A stretch of DNA of 64,000 nucleotides from Spirogloea muscicola (lineage: Eukaryota): NCBI GenBank assembly GCA_009602725.1, contig WELB01000006.1, positions 404,687 through 468,686 on the forward strand, given 5' to 3'. A program made the translations under genes and the position numbers. Positions 37,062-49,552 of this stretch are shown here, in pieces. Positions within the stretch are counted from its first letter, which is position 1. Every line of letters begins with the position of its first letter. The notes under the pieces were generated by a model. That model did not search any database, was not told the DNA's origin, and was given only the letters and a program-made list of their open reading frames with translations.

Positions 37062-38856
37062 TCAATCCATACGGGCTTTCAATGTACGAGTGACAACCTC
37101 CTCTCCGGTCCTGCGAAAGAAAGGCCAAACGTTTGGATCAGAGGAGAACAGAGGCATGAACATCCTAAAGGAGCCCAGCCGCCCTCAAAAGCCGAGCACT
37201 TCCTGTCAAGTGGAGACAGAATACAGGCGCAGGACTGAGGTTTGAGGTCGATGACATTACACGACATGGACAATGCCACCCCAACCGCTGAGGCAGTCAC
37301 GGTCTACAGAGGATAAGAGGGCCTGGGAGATAGTCTCAAACAACTCCTCCGGTTCCTGAAACAGGGCAAAGGATGAGATAGGCCAGGATCACATTTATCA
37401 GCGTGTCCAACATGCAACCTAATAGGCTCGCCAAGCATACACTTCATCAGCCCGGCCAATTTTCCGCAGATGCAAATTGCAATTTGCATGTCATCCTGTT
37501 GGCTACAGGATGACATTGTAGGTCGAAGTGATTAGACTTTGTGGCTGACATCGTCAATAGACGCACTCTATTTAGACTGTGAGTCTACTTGAAAGATTGG
37601 GCCTGTTAACCATGATTCTGAACAGCTTGCTTACCATACTTGGACGATACATGGACTCACAAGCACCGTATAAAGATTCAGAAGCAGTTCCTGACACACA
37701 GAAGTCCTCAGCCAATTGCCTGCACAATGGGTTGTGATATGCTCAGATGACTTAAAGGCTTGCTACTCCTGCACTATCAAGGTCATCCTTTGACAGCAAG
37801 GACATAAGCCCACATACACCAAAGCAACTCCTGCGATCGTTACATAAGCTACAAAGGTGGGCAACCAATGAGTCTGTTCTGTTTTGTCATACTTGGCGCC
37901 AATCAAGTCAGTTGTGCAAATGAAGGGCTCGCCATTCTCCTCTAGACCAACAATGATTGGCTCACAGAAGTAAGGCCCAAACCTGCATCAAATTCGAGCA
38001 ATTGCTGATATTGCATGAGAATGAGAGTATAGGGAACCCTCAGGTTGTGTGTCAGAGGGTTTTGTAGGTTGGTAAACTGGTCAACATACATCCTGTAGAG
38101 CAACTTGTCGAGGTATGATTACTCTCAGTCGTTCTTCACAGCTGCGCATAAAACAGGCCCAGTAGAAAGGCACCCTAGGAGTGTGCACAAAAGTGACTAC
38201 TCTCTGGCTTCCCAGTGCAGAGTAATATTGAGTCAGCTCTTACCGCTTCTCGTAGAGGACCGATGACACGAGGTTGGCAAAGGTCTGGGGCCGCATGTTC
38301 CTCTCCTCCCGCAGCTGGTAGAGCTTGTGCCGGAATACTAGGCGTTGATAGCTGTGTCACAGACAAGGACTTGGATCTCAAACCAGGCCAGGATGGTGCT
38401 GACCGTCCGTAGGAACACGAGGAAGGCGCCCTTGGCTGCAACCACACAATGGAAGCTGGAATTGCAAGCGAGCTCACGCGAATTCACAGTTACACGAGAC
38501 GAAGCGCAGTCCGGATGACTCCCAAGAGTCGCTCACAGCGTTTGGACGTCCGTGCCGAGGCCGGACAGGCCGATGTAGAGCCGGTCGTGGATCTTGAAGA
38601 TGCGCTGGAAGTCACAGGCGACGGTCTGCTGCTGCACGCCGAACCTCCGGTCGCTGGCGATGGCGAAGCAGCCCTTACCCACCATGGCCACGATGGCGCC
38701 GCCGTTGTACGCCAGGATCTGCATGCGGCGTCCTGCTGCTCAAGCTGCTGGTGGTGCCATTGAATTGGGCTGGCACTTCACTCAGTGTCGGCCGTAGTCC
38801 CTTGGTGCCGAAGCCAAGTCCTTACCGTGAACAAGGAGAAGAGCGCTCACCGACAT
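37062..38856 (-). CDS. PBC1: 20S proteasome subunit beta type-3, multi-exon
   Basis: [94 protein letters not shown] 38856, stop 37062-37064. Confidence 0.95.
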
Positions 38857-39924
38857 CACGGCGGCTCTCACGGGCCCGCCCGCCGCGCCCCGCAGCGACA
38901 GTAGCTGCAGCTAGGAGCACAAGGGCTCTCCACTGAGGAGGTTTTTCAGCCAGCCTCGGCTCCCTGCTTCGTCGCAACTGGCAGCGGAACGCGACGAGGG
39001 CAAAGGCAAGGAGAGCTGCGCCGTCGGGCCGATGGAGTGCGAAGAGAGCCGCCGGCGAGCTTCGCGGCGCTGGCGATGGAGCGTGCAGGCTCGGGAGTCG
39101 GGGTGCGAGCTGTCATGGAGGGGTTTGGGACAGCCCCTGAGGGTGTACCTTCTCGGGGCAGGAACATGACCAGTGGGGACGGAGCGGGGTCGCTACTCAC
39201 GGCCGGTGGGAACGGGACCTCGGCGAAGCTTGGGCTCACGCGTTTACTGCAGTTAAATCTGAGATCCCCTGCTGCGTCAACAGGATCCCGCGACCCGAGA
39301 ACTCCTTGCGCCCGGCGGCCCAGGCGACAAGACAGCGAACGATAGACAGTGGCCAAATATCGTTAAGTCGATCGGGGAGGAGGGGGCGGCCCGCCACGGC
39401 CGCCCGATGAGGATCGCATCGGGCGGCCGGCGCCGCGCGGCGAGCGGGCTGGTCATTGGCCTGCGGCGGGCTGTGTGGCTGGGGGAGCCGGGGGAGGGGG
39501 GCGGCGCGGCCGGCGCAGATTTCCGTCGGCGAATCGATAAATATCGCCGTAGACATCGTGGTGCACTGGTCGCAGAGGCGCGCCATAGCGAAGCTTGCGG
39601 GCACTTGGGCATTCGACCACGGATTTGGCTCGCGGGGGTGAGGACGAGGGTTGCTCAGCCCATTGTCAGACCTCCCCTCCCCTCCGTCTCCGCCTCCGCC
39701 CGCGCCGACCCGCCGTCGCCGCCGCCACCGCCCGCGGCGCCAGCGCCCCGCGGCGGCCATCAAGCCCTCGCCGCTCGCCGCCGCGCCGCGGCGTGTGCCG
39801 CGGCGCCAGAAGCTGCGACGACCGCGGCGGCGACGCCGGCAGGGGCCGTTTGGCCCTGTTGTCGTGGCGAGCTTTGCCTCAGCACGGCCGGGGCTTGCGA
39901 TTAAGCTCGCCCTCCATTCGAGAC

Positions 39925-41813
39925 ATGGCGGCCCTCGCCTCGGCGCTGCCCCTCCGATGCGCATTCCCGTCCGCAGCTCTATCTTCCAGCAGCTCTGTCC
40001 TCCAGCACTACGACTGCGCAGCGGCTGGCCCGCTGATTGTGCACTCCTCATCACAGCCCCGGGGAGCCAAGAGCAGGGCGCCCGTGGCGCCTGGGGCAAT
40101 GCTGGTCAGCCCGTGGCTAGGAGACAGGGTTGCGCTGGACGGCGCATCTTCCAAGACGAGCGGCCATGCTGTTGCTAAGCGAGTCTGGGCTGCCAGGAAG
40201 AAGCGCTGGGTGATGGAGGTGCTGGACCCCTTGAGCAACTATCGCGACTCCTTCGGCAACGAGTGCTTGCTGGAGAAGAACGCACGGCAGGTGTGACAGT
40301 GCAGCCAGCTTGGTTGCTTGTCTTGTGCAGAGGTCATTCTATTCTGCTTTGCAGTGTTGTCACTCACAGGAGTATCGCATCACTCCTGCACACAGCATCG
40401 GGCTACAGCAGACTCACCACCCACGTCACATTCGTGATGCATGACAGAGCTGTGTGCCAGTGGGGTTGCTAGTTGCTCGCAATCCGGGCAAGGGCACCCG
40501 TCTTGCAGCTTGCTGCTGGTTTTCTTGGGGACAGATGATGAAGTGGATAATAGCTGTGATTTCATCACCTTATATTTCTGTTCTCGTTCAGGTGCTTGAG
40601 ACCACCGAATCCTACAGGAACCTGCTGCAGGAGGTCAATGACATGCGTGATCGACTCCGTGTTTTTGTCGCCAAGGAGCAATATGCTGAAGCTGCCAAAG
40701 TGAGCCTTGGAATCTGCTTTGCATATTGTGGTGGAGCTAATCAGTATTCTGTGGTGTGCACAAGCAGCATTATGCTGCTCATCCTATATTGAGCCTTGAT
40801 CAATGTCGGTGTCATCAAGGATTGATGTGCCATCTGGAATTCTTGGCAATCCTACTGACTAGTGGTATCTTGGACTTATCAGATAAGAGATGCTCTGAAC
40901 GTCCTCCAGTTTCGCAAGCGCGTCTTGGAGCTGTCTGTCAAGCCCCAGGTGACATTCAGGGTGGGAGATGTCATCATCCACCGCAGATATGGTAAGCCAG
41001 TCCTCTTATTGTGGACTTTAGTCAGTTCAGTCAGTCAGGTTCAGTCAGTTCATGTCTTCACTCCGTTTATTCATCATGCTTCCAGCAAATCAGTTGATGA
41101 TAATATATCTGCTGTAGCAGGATGAGTTGAAAGGACTTGACATTTTGTAAGCTTGCCTCTCAAGGTAGTCTGGGTTGCTGCTGATGGTTAGGCTGCCTTT
41201 GCCAACTTCCCAGTTGTGCTGGTTCAGTACTCAGCCCTAAGAGACTTGACTCTCCTCACCACTCTGCAGGTTACAGGGGAGTTGTCTACGGCCATGATCC
41301 AGAGTGCTCAGCTCCTCAGGAGTGGCAGGAAGCCATGAAGATCGATGCCTTGCCCAAGGGGCCCAATCAGCCCTTCTACCATGTCCTTGTTGACACAAGG
41401 GACAGGCCGGGGGGTATGTCAACATACGTGGCCCAGGAAAATATTGTCATTCAAAAGACGAACAGGCCTGTGATGCACCCTTGGATCACCCGGGTGAGTC
41501 GCCTCACGTCTTGTGCAGACCCATGTTTGTGTATTGTTGTAAGCATGGGTCATCTTGCATGGTGGCTTTTTGGCTTTTGAACTTCAGTGGTAGTTTCAAT
41601 ACTGGTCTCAGGAAAAAGTCTTACTAGGGGGGCCAGTCGTGTGTTTTGCTTCTTGGAGCACTATACTCGGTAGTCCATCATGTGGCCATTGTTGACCAAT
41701 CTGTCTGCCCTGACTGTTCATGTGGTCCATATCTGCAGTTCTTTGTTGGTCTGCAAGATGGCACCTATGTCCCAGGGTCAAAGCTGCGCCAAGTATATCC
41801 GGATGACTGGTGA
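39925..41813 (+). CDS. Plastid-targeted UVR + YccV/HspQ-like domain protein (ClpF-like architecture), multi-exon
   Basis: Ser/Ala-rich transit-like N-terminus. UVR motif EQYAEAAK|IRDAL. YccV motifs FRVGDVIIHRRY|GYRGVVYGHDP, QPFYHVLVD, TYVAQENI, HP, and ending YVPGSKLRQVYPDDW* (TGA 41811-41813). Confidence 0.8.
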
Positions 41814-42159
41814 AATTGCACATGTTAGATATATACACTCAACACCGGTGGATATTTCCAAAAGCAGGTGTTTTTGGCTTGCAGAACATTCTTGGTCTTA
41901 GCAACCTGGTTCAGTTGTCATGCGCCCTAAAAAGGCCTAGTTGGTTGCTGCAAGGTCGTCATTAGCACTGTGTGTTTGAGGAGGAGAGTGCCAAATTGAG
42001 GGAGAATCCTAATTCGCCATGTCCTTAGTATACGCTTAAGTCCAGGAGCTGAGCAAGGTGGCCGTTTTGTGCAGCATCAGAAGCCAAGCAGTGGCTGTAT
42101 TCCCTTGTTGCTGTCCAGTGCCAGGGGCCTTAGCTTAAATATCTCTTTGTACATGAACA

Positions 42160-43287
42160 TCACCATGGAGAGGCTATCCTGAGAGGCACTTTTGCTCATA
42201 TCCAGAAGTGCAATTGAAATGGGAGGAGGCATGCAAGTGAGGGGTGGTGGTGGCTTGGACTTGTCATAGTGATGGCTTGAACTTGTCATACACCTCTTTG
42301 CCATGTGGGTTCTCAGTCAATTTTCAGTTGATTTGACTGGTGTGCTACCTTATGGTGCTCAGTTGCTGCTGCTTGAGTTCTTCTTTGATATTGTTGCGGG
42401 TCTCAGCTAAATGTCGAATCTGTGAGACATTAGACAACCGATACTGCAGAGCTTTATGACTGTAACAATGATAACAGAGTGTGAATGTTGCACTTTGGGG
42501 CAGTCTGTCCCACTCCTTACCTCTTGCTGAAACCTGTCATACTGGCGCGGTAAGATTGGGCAGGATAAATGTGCCAATACGACGGTGCGTTTTATGCATT
42601 TACTTGGCAGATGTGTCTCCAACATGCCCAAAATGCACACGGGAGGTACTGCCAGTCTTCACAAGACTAGATTGGCAATCCTTCATTGATAGGGATACCC
42701 ACCGTGGTGACTCATGCCAAATCACTGGGGTAAGAGGAGGATATCTAGCAGACCAATACCATGCAGTATGCTGTGTGCGGTGGTTCCATAATCATTTGTT
42801 CTTTCGCTTAGTACCAATCTCGGCTGAATACATGTTCAAGGCGAGGGACTTCTGTCAGGAACGTGAAGAGGAGCAGTGTTTAGCATCTCATTCTCAAATT
42901 GTCCACATTGCTGCCTCGTGACAAACTAGAGTTGCTTTTGCCGGTTCGACTCTAGGTTCAAGTTCTTTGCTACTAAGCGCGTAAATTACAGGATCCGGGT
43001 ACCACTGATGATATCAGATGGACTCTCCTTGATCAGCAGACTTGACCTGCCGCTGCAAACCTGAGGCACAGTGAACCATTTAGCAGGCGAAGCTGCTTCT
43101 CATTTTCCACTTGCGGGCATAGCGACAAGCCGAAAGTGAGTAGGCGAGGGGGGGGGGGCCGAGGGCAGGGCGCGTGCACAGAGGAGAGTGCAGGCACGGC
43201 GAGCAGCGCCGGCCAGTCGGCCGAGCTGCCGGAGGCCGCAGGCAGGCAGTAGCGGTCGCGGAAAAGGTGGCCTTGTCGGCGGCCATG
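42160..43287 (-). CDS. Possible small multi-exon gene of unknown function
   Basis: GC-rich ATG context near 43287 and several short GT-AG-bounded segments, e.g. YDRFQQE|IRHLAETRNNIKEELKQQQLSTIR. I could not build one fully consistent frame and recognised no homology. Confidence 0.25.
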
Positions 43288-43765
43288 GCTGCTGTGGCCT
43301 TGCGTGCGCCCCTGGGTAACTTATTCACGGGTACGTAAAGAAGCGGCAGCTGGTGTGCGGAGGGTCCGGTTTGAAATGGGCTGTGCGCGGGAGAGGTTTA
43401 AAGCGGGGCACCTCGCGCGGTGGCGGAAGCTTGACGACGCCAGACGGGGGCGAAGGGGGCTTCTCCCATCTGCGTCGCGACGGCGGGGGCCGCTTGTGCC
43501 CCGCCAGTAGTTGGACCCTCCACCCCGTTGGTACGAGACGGCCGGCGAGGCCGTTCGAGACGGCACCGCCGTCGCGGCTCCGCCGGGCCGCGCACGGAAC
43601 GGCTCTCCCGCCGCCGTCGGGTGATCGCTGCATACCACATGGTTACCACATCTACTGGACGGCTCGTTACCTCGATACCGTCAGAACCAAAAAGGGCTGA
43701 CTGACTGCCCCCACCCCCCGGCCCCCCCGCCGCCAATCGCGGCGCCCGGCACGCCCCGCCNAGGC

Positions 43766-46700
43766 ATGATCCGGCCGCCGTGCTGCGGAGACGGCGGCGG
43801 CGGCCACTCAGTCCCCCGCCACGGCTGCGCCAGCGGCGGCGAGCCGAGACTGCACCTGCCTCGCGTGGCACTCGGGGCGGGGCACGCCGTGGCCCCTGAC
43901 GCGGCTCGCTGGCTGCCGGCCCTGCGCCGTTGCCCCCCCAGAAAGGCTGGCTGTGGCCGCCCCTCGCTGCCGCGCAAGCAGCCGGAGCAGCGGCCGCCGT
44001 GCGGCCGCCGCCATCATAGCCACTTCCAGCTGCGAAACTCCGCGTCTTGATGTGGAAGGACGTGAGTGTGCCGCTTCTGTAGCTGCGCTCCTCGGGCGAA
44101 TTTGCTCGGCCGCTGCGCGTCCAGCTTGCTGTCAAACAAGCGGGGCCCCGATAGTACTGCCAGACCAAGGCGCTGAGCGCTTCAGGAAGCGCTGGCAGCG
44201 CTCAAGCCGTCTCCTCAGGCTCACTGTCATATGTTGCTCCCAGCCTTGCACTGCACTGCCTGCGCTGAGCACGGCCGCCCTTGTTGCTGAGCTCTCCCGT
44301 TCTTCCTCCCTGCACCTGTGCAGTGGCGCTGTAGCCGAAGCCGGGCGAGCATGGCAGGCCGCTTCCTGTGGCTCAGCATGTGGCTCTCGGTCTGCGCACT
44401 GCTGGCCGTCCAGATCGCACCGGCCCTGAACAGCCTCATCGGCGACCGCGCGTATGAGCAAGAGGGCGCCTCTGACGCCATCCGAGTAACCCAGCACCAC
44501 GACTGGGTGAGCACCACTACAGGCGGTCCTTGGCAGCTGCGCAAGCAGGGTCCTTCGTTGAGAGCCAGGCCTGCTCTGCAGTCACTCCTCTCCTGGCGCT
44601 TGCGGATGCGTCTGGCACATCCGCTTGCAGGAGCAGGTTCTTGCCTTCACATACCTAGTGGTACTTCATCCGGCAACGAATTGGGTGCTCGAAGGCGCCA
44701 ATGGGGCCTCATACTCGTCAACGTGACAAGGGCAAGGCCCCATCCTGTCAAGTCCTTTCCTAGAGCAGCTGACAGAGCAGCTGACCTCCTTCTGCTTCAG
44801 TAACTGCTGGGCTCGTCGTGAGCAGGTTGAAACAGAGGAGCAGGACGATGACCACATGGACCTGCCCCTGGAGCTTCTCCCTCCTTCGCCCCCACCTCCC
44901 GTCATCCCCAAGCCCTGGAACCCCAAGCTCAGCGCCAAGTTGAAGCTGGAGCTTGCCGAGCTGCGGAGGGTAAGCATTGGTGGCATAACGCTTCGTGCTG
45001 CAACCAAGGGAAAAGGCACCAGCTTAGTTGCTGAAATAATTGCTCGGAACGAATGCATTGTTCATAGTTGGTCTTCCTTGCTGGTTGTCCTCGAAATGGC
45101 GCACAACACCTGCAATGAAGTGCAGGTATTGCTACCTGGGCCACCTCATAATCAGCCCAGGCAAAGTGAACAACAGAAGCTGCAAGGGCCTCTCTTAAGC
45201 AGGGACTGGCGTTCAGTACTTGCCTTCTCCCCCAGAAGCTTGACGTGCTTGATATGCTGGTCATATGCCTTGCAGCGACAAGTAAAGCTTGCAAAGCTGT
45301 GGAAGAAGCCTCCCGACAGAGGCTACAAGCCCTGCATCGATCCTAGCAGCGAGTTTACAGGTGACCTTGTCCTTGTATAGCTGCTTGCTCACCTACATGG
45401 TCTCAGTGGGCTGCTGACATCCTAATGATAGGCACACTGAAATGTACCTGCTCGAGGCAGGTGTAGTGAAGTGGCAAGTTGAGTATGCATGCCAGCAGGA
45501 AATGAAGGTAGAGTGAAAGACAACAGGGCAGGGAATGGGTCGAAGGAGAGTGCTGTGAGGTGGTGGGAGGGTGGAGATGAGAGAGAGAGCAGGGATGAAG
45601 GAGAGAGGGCCAGGTAGCCGTTGAGTTACTGTTGAATTGTGGAAAGCGGAGTGCCAGGGGAAGACAAGGCCTTTGCAGTCCTTGTCTGAGAAGCGCTCGC
45701 TGTAGCAGATGTCGCTGGATGTCAGCTGCTGCTATCCCCACTTTGCCGGTGCATGTGCTCATTGTTGAGTGTCCGCGTGCACAGCGGCGAGCAAAGCGAC
45801 CAGAGGCTTCCTGCGTGTGTATGCTAATGGAGGTCTCAATCAGATGCGTGCTGGGGTGAGTTTGGCAATTCTCTAACCTGCTGCAGCTCTGGCATCACTG
45901 GAGTGATTCCCTTCTTTGGGTGCTTCTGGCTTGGATGCTGTGCACACCAACCTCGACCTCTCTACTGCCAGAAGGCTACTGCAGGCTCTGCAAGCTCTTG
46001 ATCATGCAGATGACGATTCGTTAACAAGACCATGTAGAAAGTACTCTGCCATACCTACAGTGTAATGTCATAGTCATCTTTCTCTGCACTTTTCTGGTTC
46101 AGTTTGGCTTGGCTTGCTGACTTACTAAGTTCTCTGCTCTCCACTCTGCGCCTCAAGATCTGCGACATGGTGGCTGTTGCAAGAATCTTGAATGCAACAC
46201 TCATTGTGCCCGAACTCGACAAGGGCTCCTTCTGGCAAGATAACAGGTGCTGCCTCACCCAGAGTTTGCAAGGCGCTCTGATTGCAGGTGTTTCATCGAC
46301 AGGTTGACGGGCATATTTGAAAGTGCCGACGATCAATGTCCACCCAGTGTTGGTTTGCCATATTGCTGTTTGCCGCCAATGATATTGCCCTTCTGTGACA
46401 GCGGCATGTGCCTCCACTTGCACTCTGTGCAGCAACTTTTCTGACATCTTTGATGTGGAGTACTTCATTGAGGCTCTGAAGGATGATGTGCCAGTCCTGC
46501 AGCATCTGCCCAAGCAGTATCGCTATGCTGCGGAGGCCCGCAAGTTCTTCAGGTCCTGGTCCCCTTACAGCTATTACAACGAGGACATTGCCAAGCTGTG
46601 GCACTCGTACAAGGCAAGCTTTGTATCCTTTCTCATTGGGTATCTATATGCTTGAGAGACTTGATGTCTGAGAGACGTGCTGAGCTGTCAGTGGCCACTC

Positions 46701-48986
46701 CTTTTGCGGCTGAATTGTGTAGAGATGCTTCCTGTTTGTCAGCACCCGCATTCTCTCCATCTGTACAGCATGATACCGAAGTACCCTTCTGCCCATTTCA
46801 GTATGCACTTGGCTGGCCTCTACAGTCGCTTCAGATAGCAGCAAAATGTTTTATTGTTAGAAGCGTAATTGTGCTGCTTCATCGCTTTTGCAGGTTATTC
46901 GAGCAATGAAATCAGACTCTCGCCTTGCTAACAATGAGCTTCCCACGGACATCCAGAAGCTTCGCTGCCGTGTGCATTACGATGCCTTGCGCTTTGCACC
47001 ACACATTGAAATGATGGGAAAGGTACTTGTTGATAATGCTGGAGCATTGGAGCTCGGCCACTGTTGCGACATTTCAAGCAAATCTGAAGCTCAAAAGAGT
47101 AGGACATGGACTTTCCCATGTTTGGTAGTGTATGCTCCACCATATCTACCACAGTGGCAGTGATTATTGTATTGGCTCGGACAAATGCAGGAGCTGGTGA
47201 AGCGAATGCAAAAGCAGGGTCCCTACATTGCTCTACATCTGCGCTATGAGATGGACATGCTTGCTTTTAGTGGCTGCTACCACGGCCTGTCGAAGGAGGA
47301 GGCTGACGAGCTCACTGCTATCAGGTAAGAGGATTGATTCTAAGTCTTACGGATGAAATCTGAGCACCACTTTTGCAATTATCACCTAGAGTGTCATGAT
47401 ACTCTAGATGTCTTGGAGGACAAGCACTTAGTGCTCCCGACTGCAGATGACAAGGAGCAAAAGTGCGAATTGGTACAATGCAGGATGAAGACGAAGCACT
47501 GGAGAGTTAAGGAGATTGACCCAACAATTCAACGAGCACACGGGTTTTGCCCCTTAACCCCCAAAGAGATAGGAATGCTTCTGCACTCCATGGGCTTCCT
47601 CAACACAACCTTAATTTACATAGCTTCCGGAGAAATCTACGGTGGAGAGGTTCGGATGGCCGACTTCCGACACTTCTTTCCGCTCATAGTTCGCAAGGTG
47701 AGCTCATGTACACTCATAGAAGCTCTTTGCAGATGCTCTCTCGCCTTGTCACAAGAAGACGCGATACTCTGGAGTTAGCTGGTCCCTTGCAGGTTTTCAA
47801 CTGTCTAGCTTTATAATGGCTGAGCCCTAAGCCACGCTTACTGGTAATCATATGTCCTTCACTTAGCATGCACAGCATATGAGACAGATATTACTTTGCT
47901 GATGCCAAAGAACGATTTCTTCCAGCCAGCCGGCCCTTGCTTTGCCTCTCTACAGCTTGAATTCCTGGCAGCAGCTCAATTGTTGTGGTTGTTGTGCAGG
48001 AGACACTGCTCACAGTAGAGGAGCTTGCACCATTTGTGGACCACAGAAGCCAAATGGCTGCCTTAGACTACATAGCCTCAGTGGAGAGTGATCTCTTTGT
48101 GCCAACTTACTCAGGCAACATGGCTCGGGCCGTGGAAGGTCATCGTAGGTTTCTAGGTCATCGGAAGACAATCATCCCAGATAGGTAAGAAAGAGCTGGA
48201 GTTGGCTTTTCATACCAATATTTATGCAATGGCTTTCACAAACATCCCATTATTTGGGCCCAATGTGAGGAGAAGCTAAGAGCAATTGTCACGTGACGTA
48301 ACATGGTCGAGTGCGGTATGCAACCAGGAAGGAGCTTGTGGCTCTCTTTGACAAGATGGAGAGGAGGGAAATTTCCCCAGGCAAGGAATTCAATGAGGCT
48401 GTGTCACTGATCCACATGCACAGGTAAGCAACGATAAAATCTTAGACATTGCTTGCCTTGCAAGCCCAAAGAGCCTCCACCTCGTTGATTGCAGTTGCTA
48501 CATGGCCAGCTCTACTGCATCGGGATAATCGGTACTATGCTAATCGTCTTGAGTAGAGCTTTGGACCTGATCTAGTTGCTACCTTCTGTTTCTGCTCTAA
48601 GGCAAGGGGCTCCAAGGGAAAGGAAGGGGCCAGCCCCAGGAACACGGGGGAAAGAGCGGCCGAGAACAGAGGAGGCGTTCTACACGAATCCCTTGCCAGA
48701 CTGCTTGTGCCAGGAGAATCCGAGGAACCTCGGTGGAAAGGGCACAGGAGTGCGGCGAGCAGGCGGTAACATCACACTGGACAGGAACATCACCACAGTT
48801 TTGGAGCGGCTGAGAAGAGGAGCGAGGCGAGATGGGGACTTGAGGAGCAAGCGGGCGAGCAAGCGGCGAAAAGCTGGTGGGCTGGTGCCACCGAGCGATG
48901 CGTCCGATGGCACGCTGCCAGAGGTGCACAGGAGTAGAAGCTTGCTAGAAAGTGACGAAGGCGAGACGAAAGCTTTCTGGCTATAG
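43766..48986 (+). CDS. Plant O-fucosyltransferase-family (GT106/DUF246) protein, FRB1/RRT-like. Start uncertain (43766 or ~44351).
   Basis: TM segment near 44351, then [115 protein letters not shown]. Stop at 48984-48986. Confidence 0.9.
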
Positions 48987-49552
48987 TTAGCATCATCGCC
49001 CCTGAGAAGCTTCACAAGTGTCCGCTATTTATATCTTGATTCACCCCACCCTCAAAATCGTGCTCCCTTCAAGTCCTGGCTTTTGTTGGAAGTGCTCAGT
49101 AAGGGCCAGCGCAAGATCTGCGACAATTGCATCTTTGCTGAGCTGATGCTTGAAGTCTCCAGTTGGTCATTCTGGGCTGCCACCAAGGCAGTCAATACCA
49201 GAAAAAAGAATGGCATATATCACGAAGGCGAGGGAGCCCGAGTAGACGGGTTCAGGTCCAAAATTGTGGACAAGCTGAGGTTGGTCTTCACCGTCTCTAT
49301 CATCATCACAAACAAAAGCATAAGCCATCACTGCAAGGGCCTAGGTTACAGAGATGAACCAGTTCGACACTGAATCACTACATGACATAGATGAAAATTA
49401 GCAAGTCTTGCTGACCTGAACAGGTTGCCTTAATTCGCAACAATGACCAGCGGCAGCTCGCAACACGTTAATATTCTGAAGGACCTCACAGTCATAGCTG
49501 CTGTAACACAGAGATTGTCTTGGAGAGACAAGGCACTGACCTTACCTGTGGG

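Noticed and set aside
38946..39920. Overlapping Arg/Pro/Ala-rich ORFs on both strands
   Set aside because: This is the GC-rich divergent promoter region between the proteasome and YccV genes. Stop scarcity explains the ORFs.
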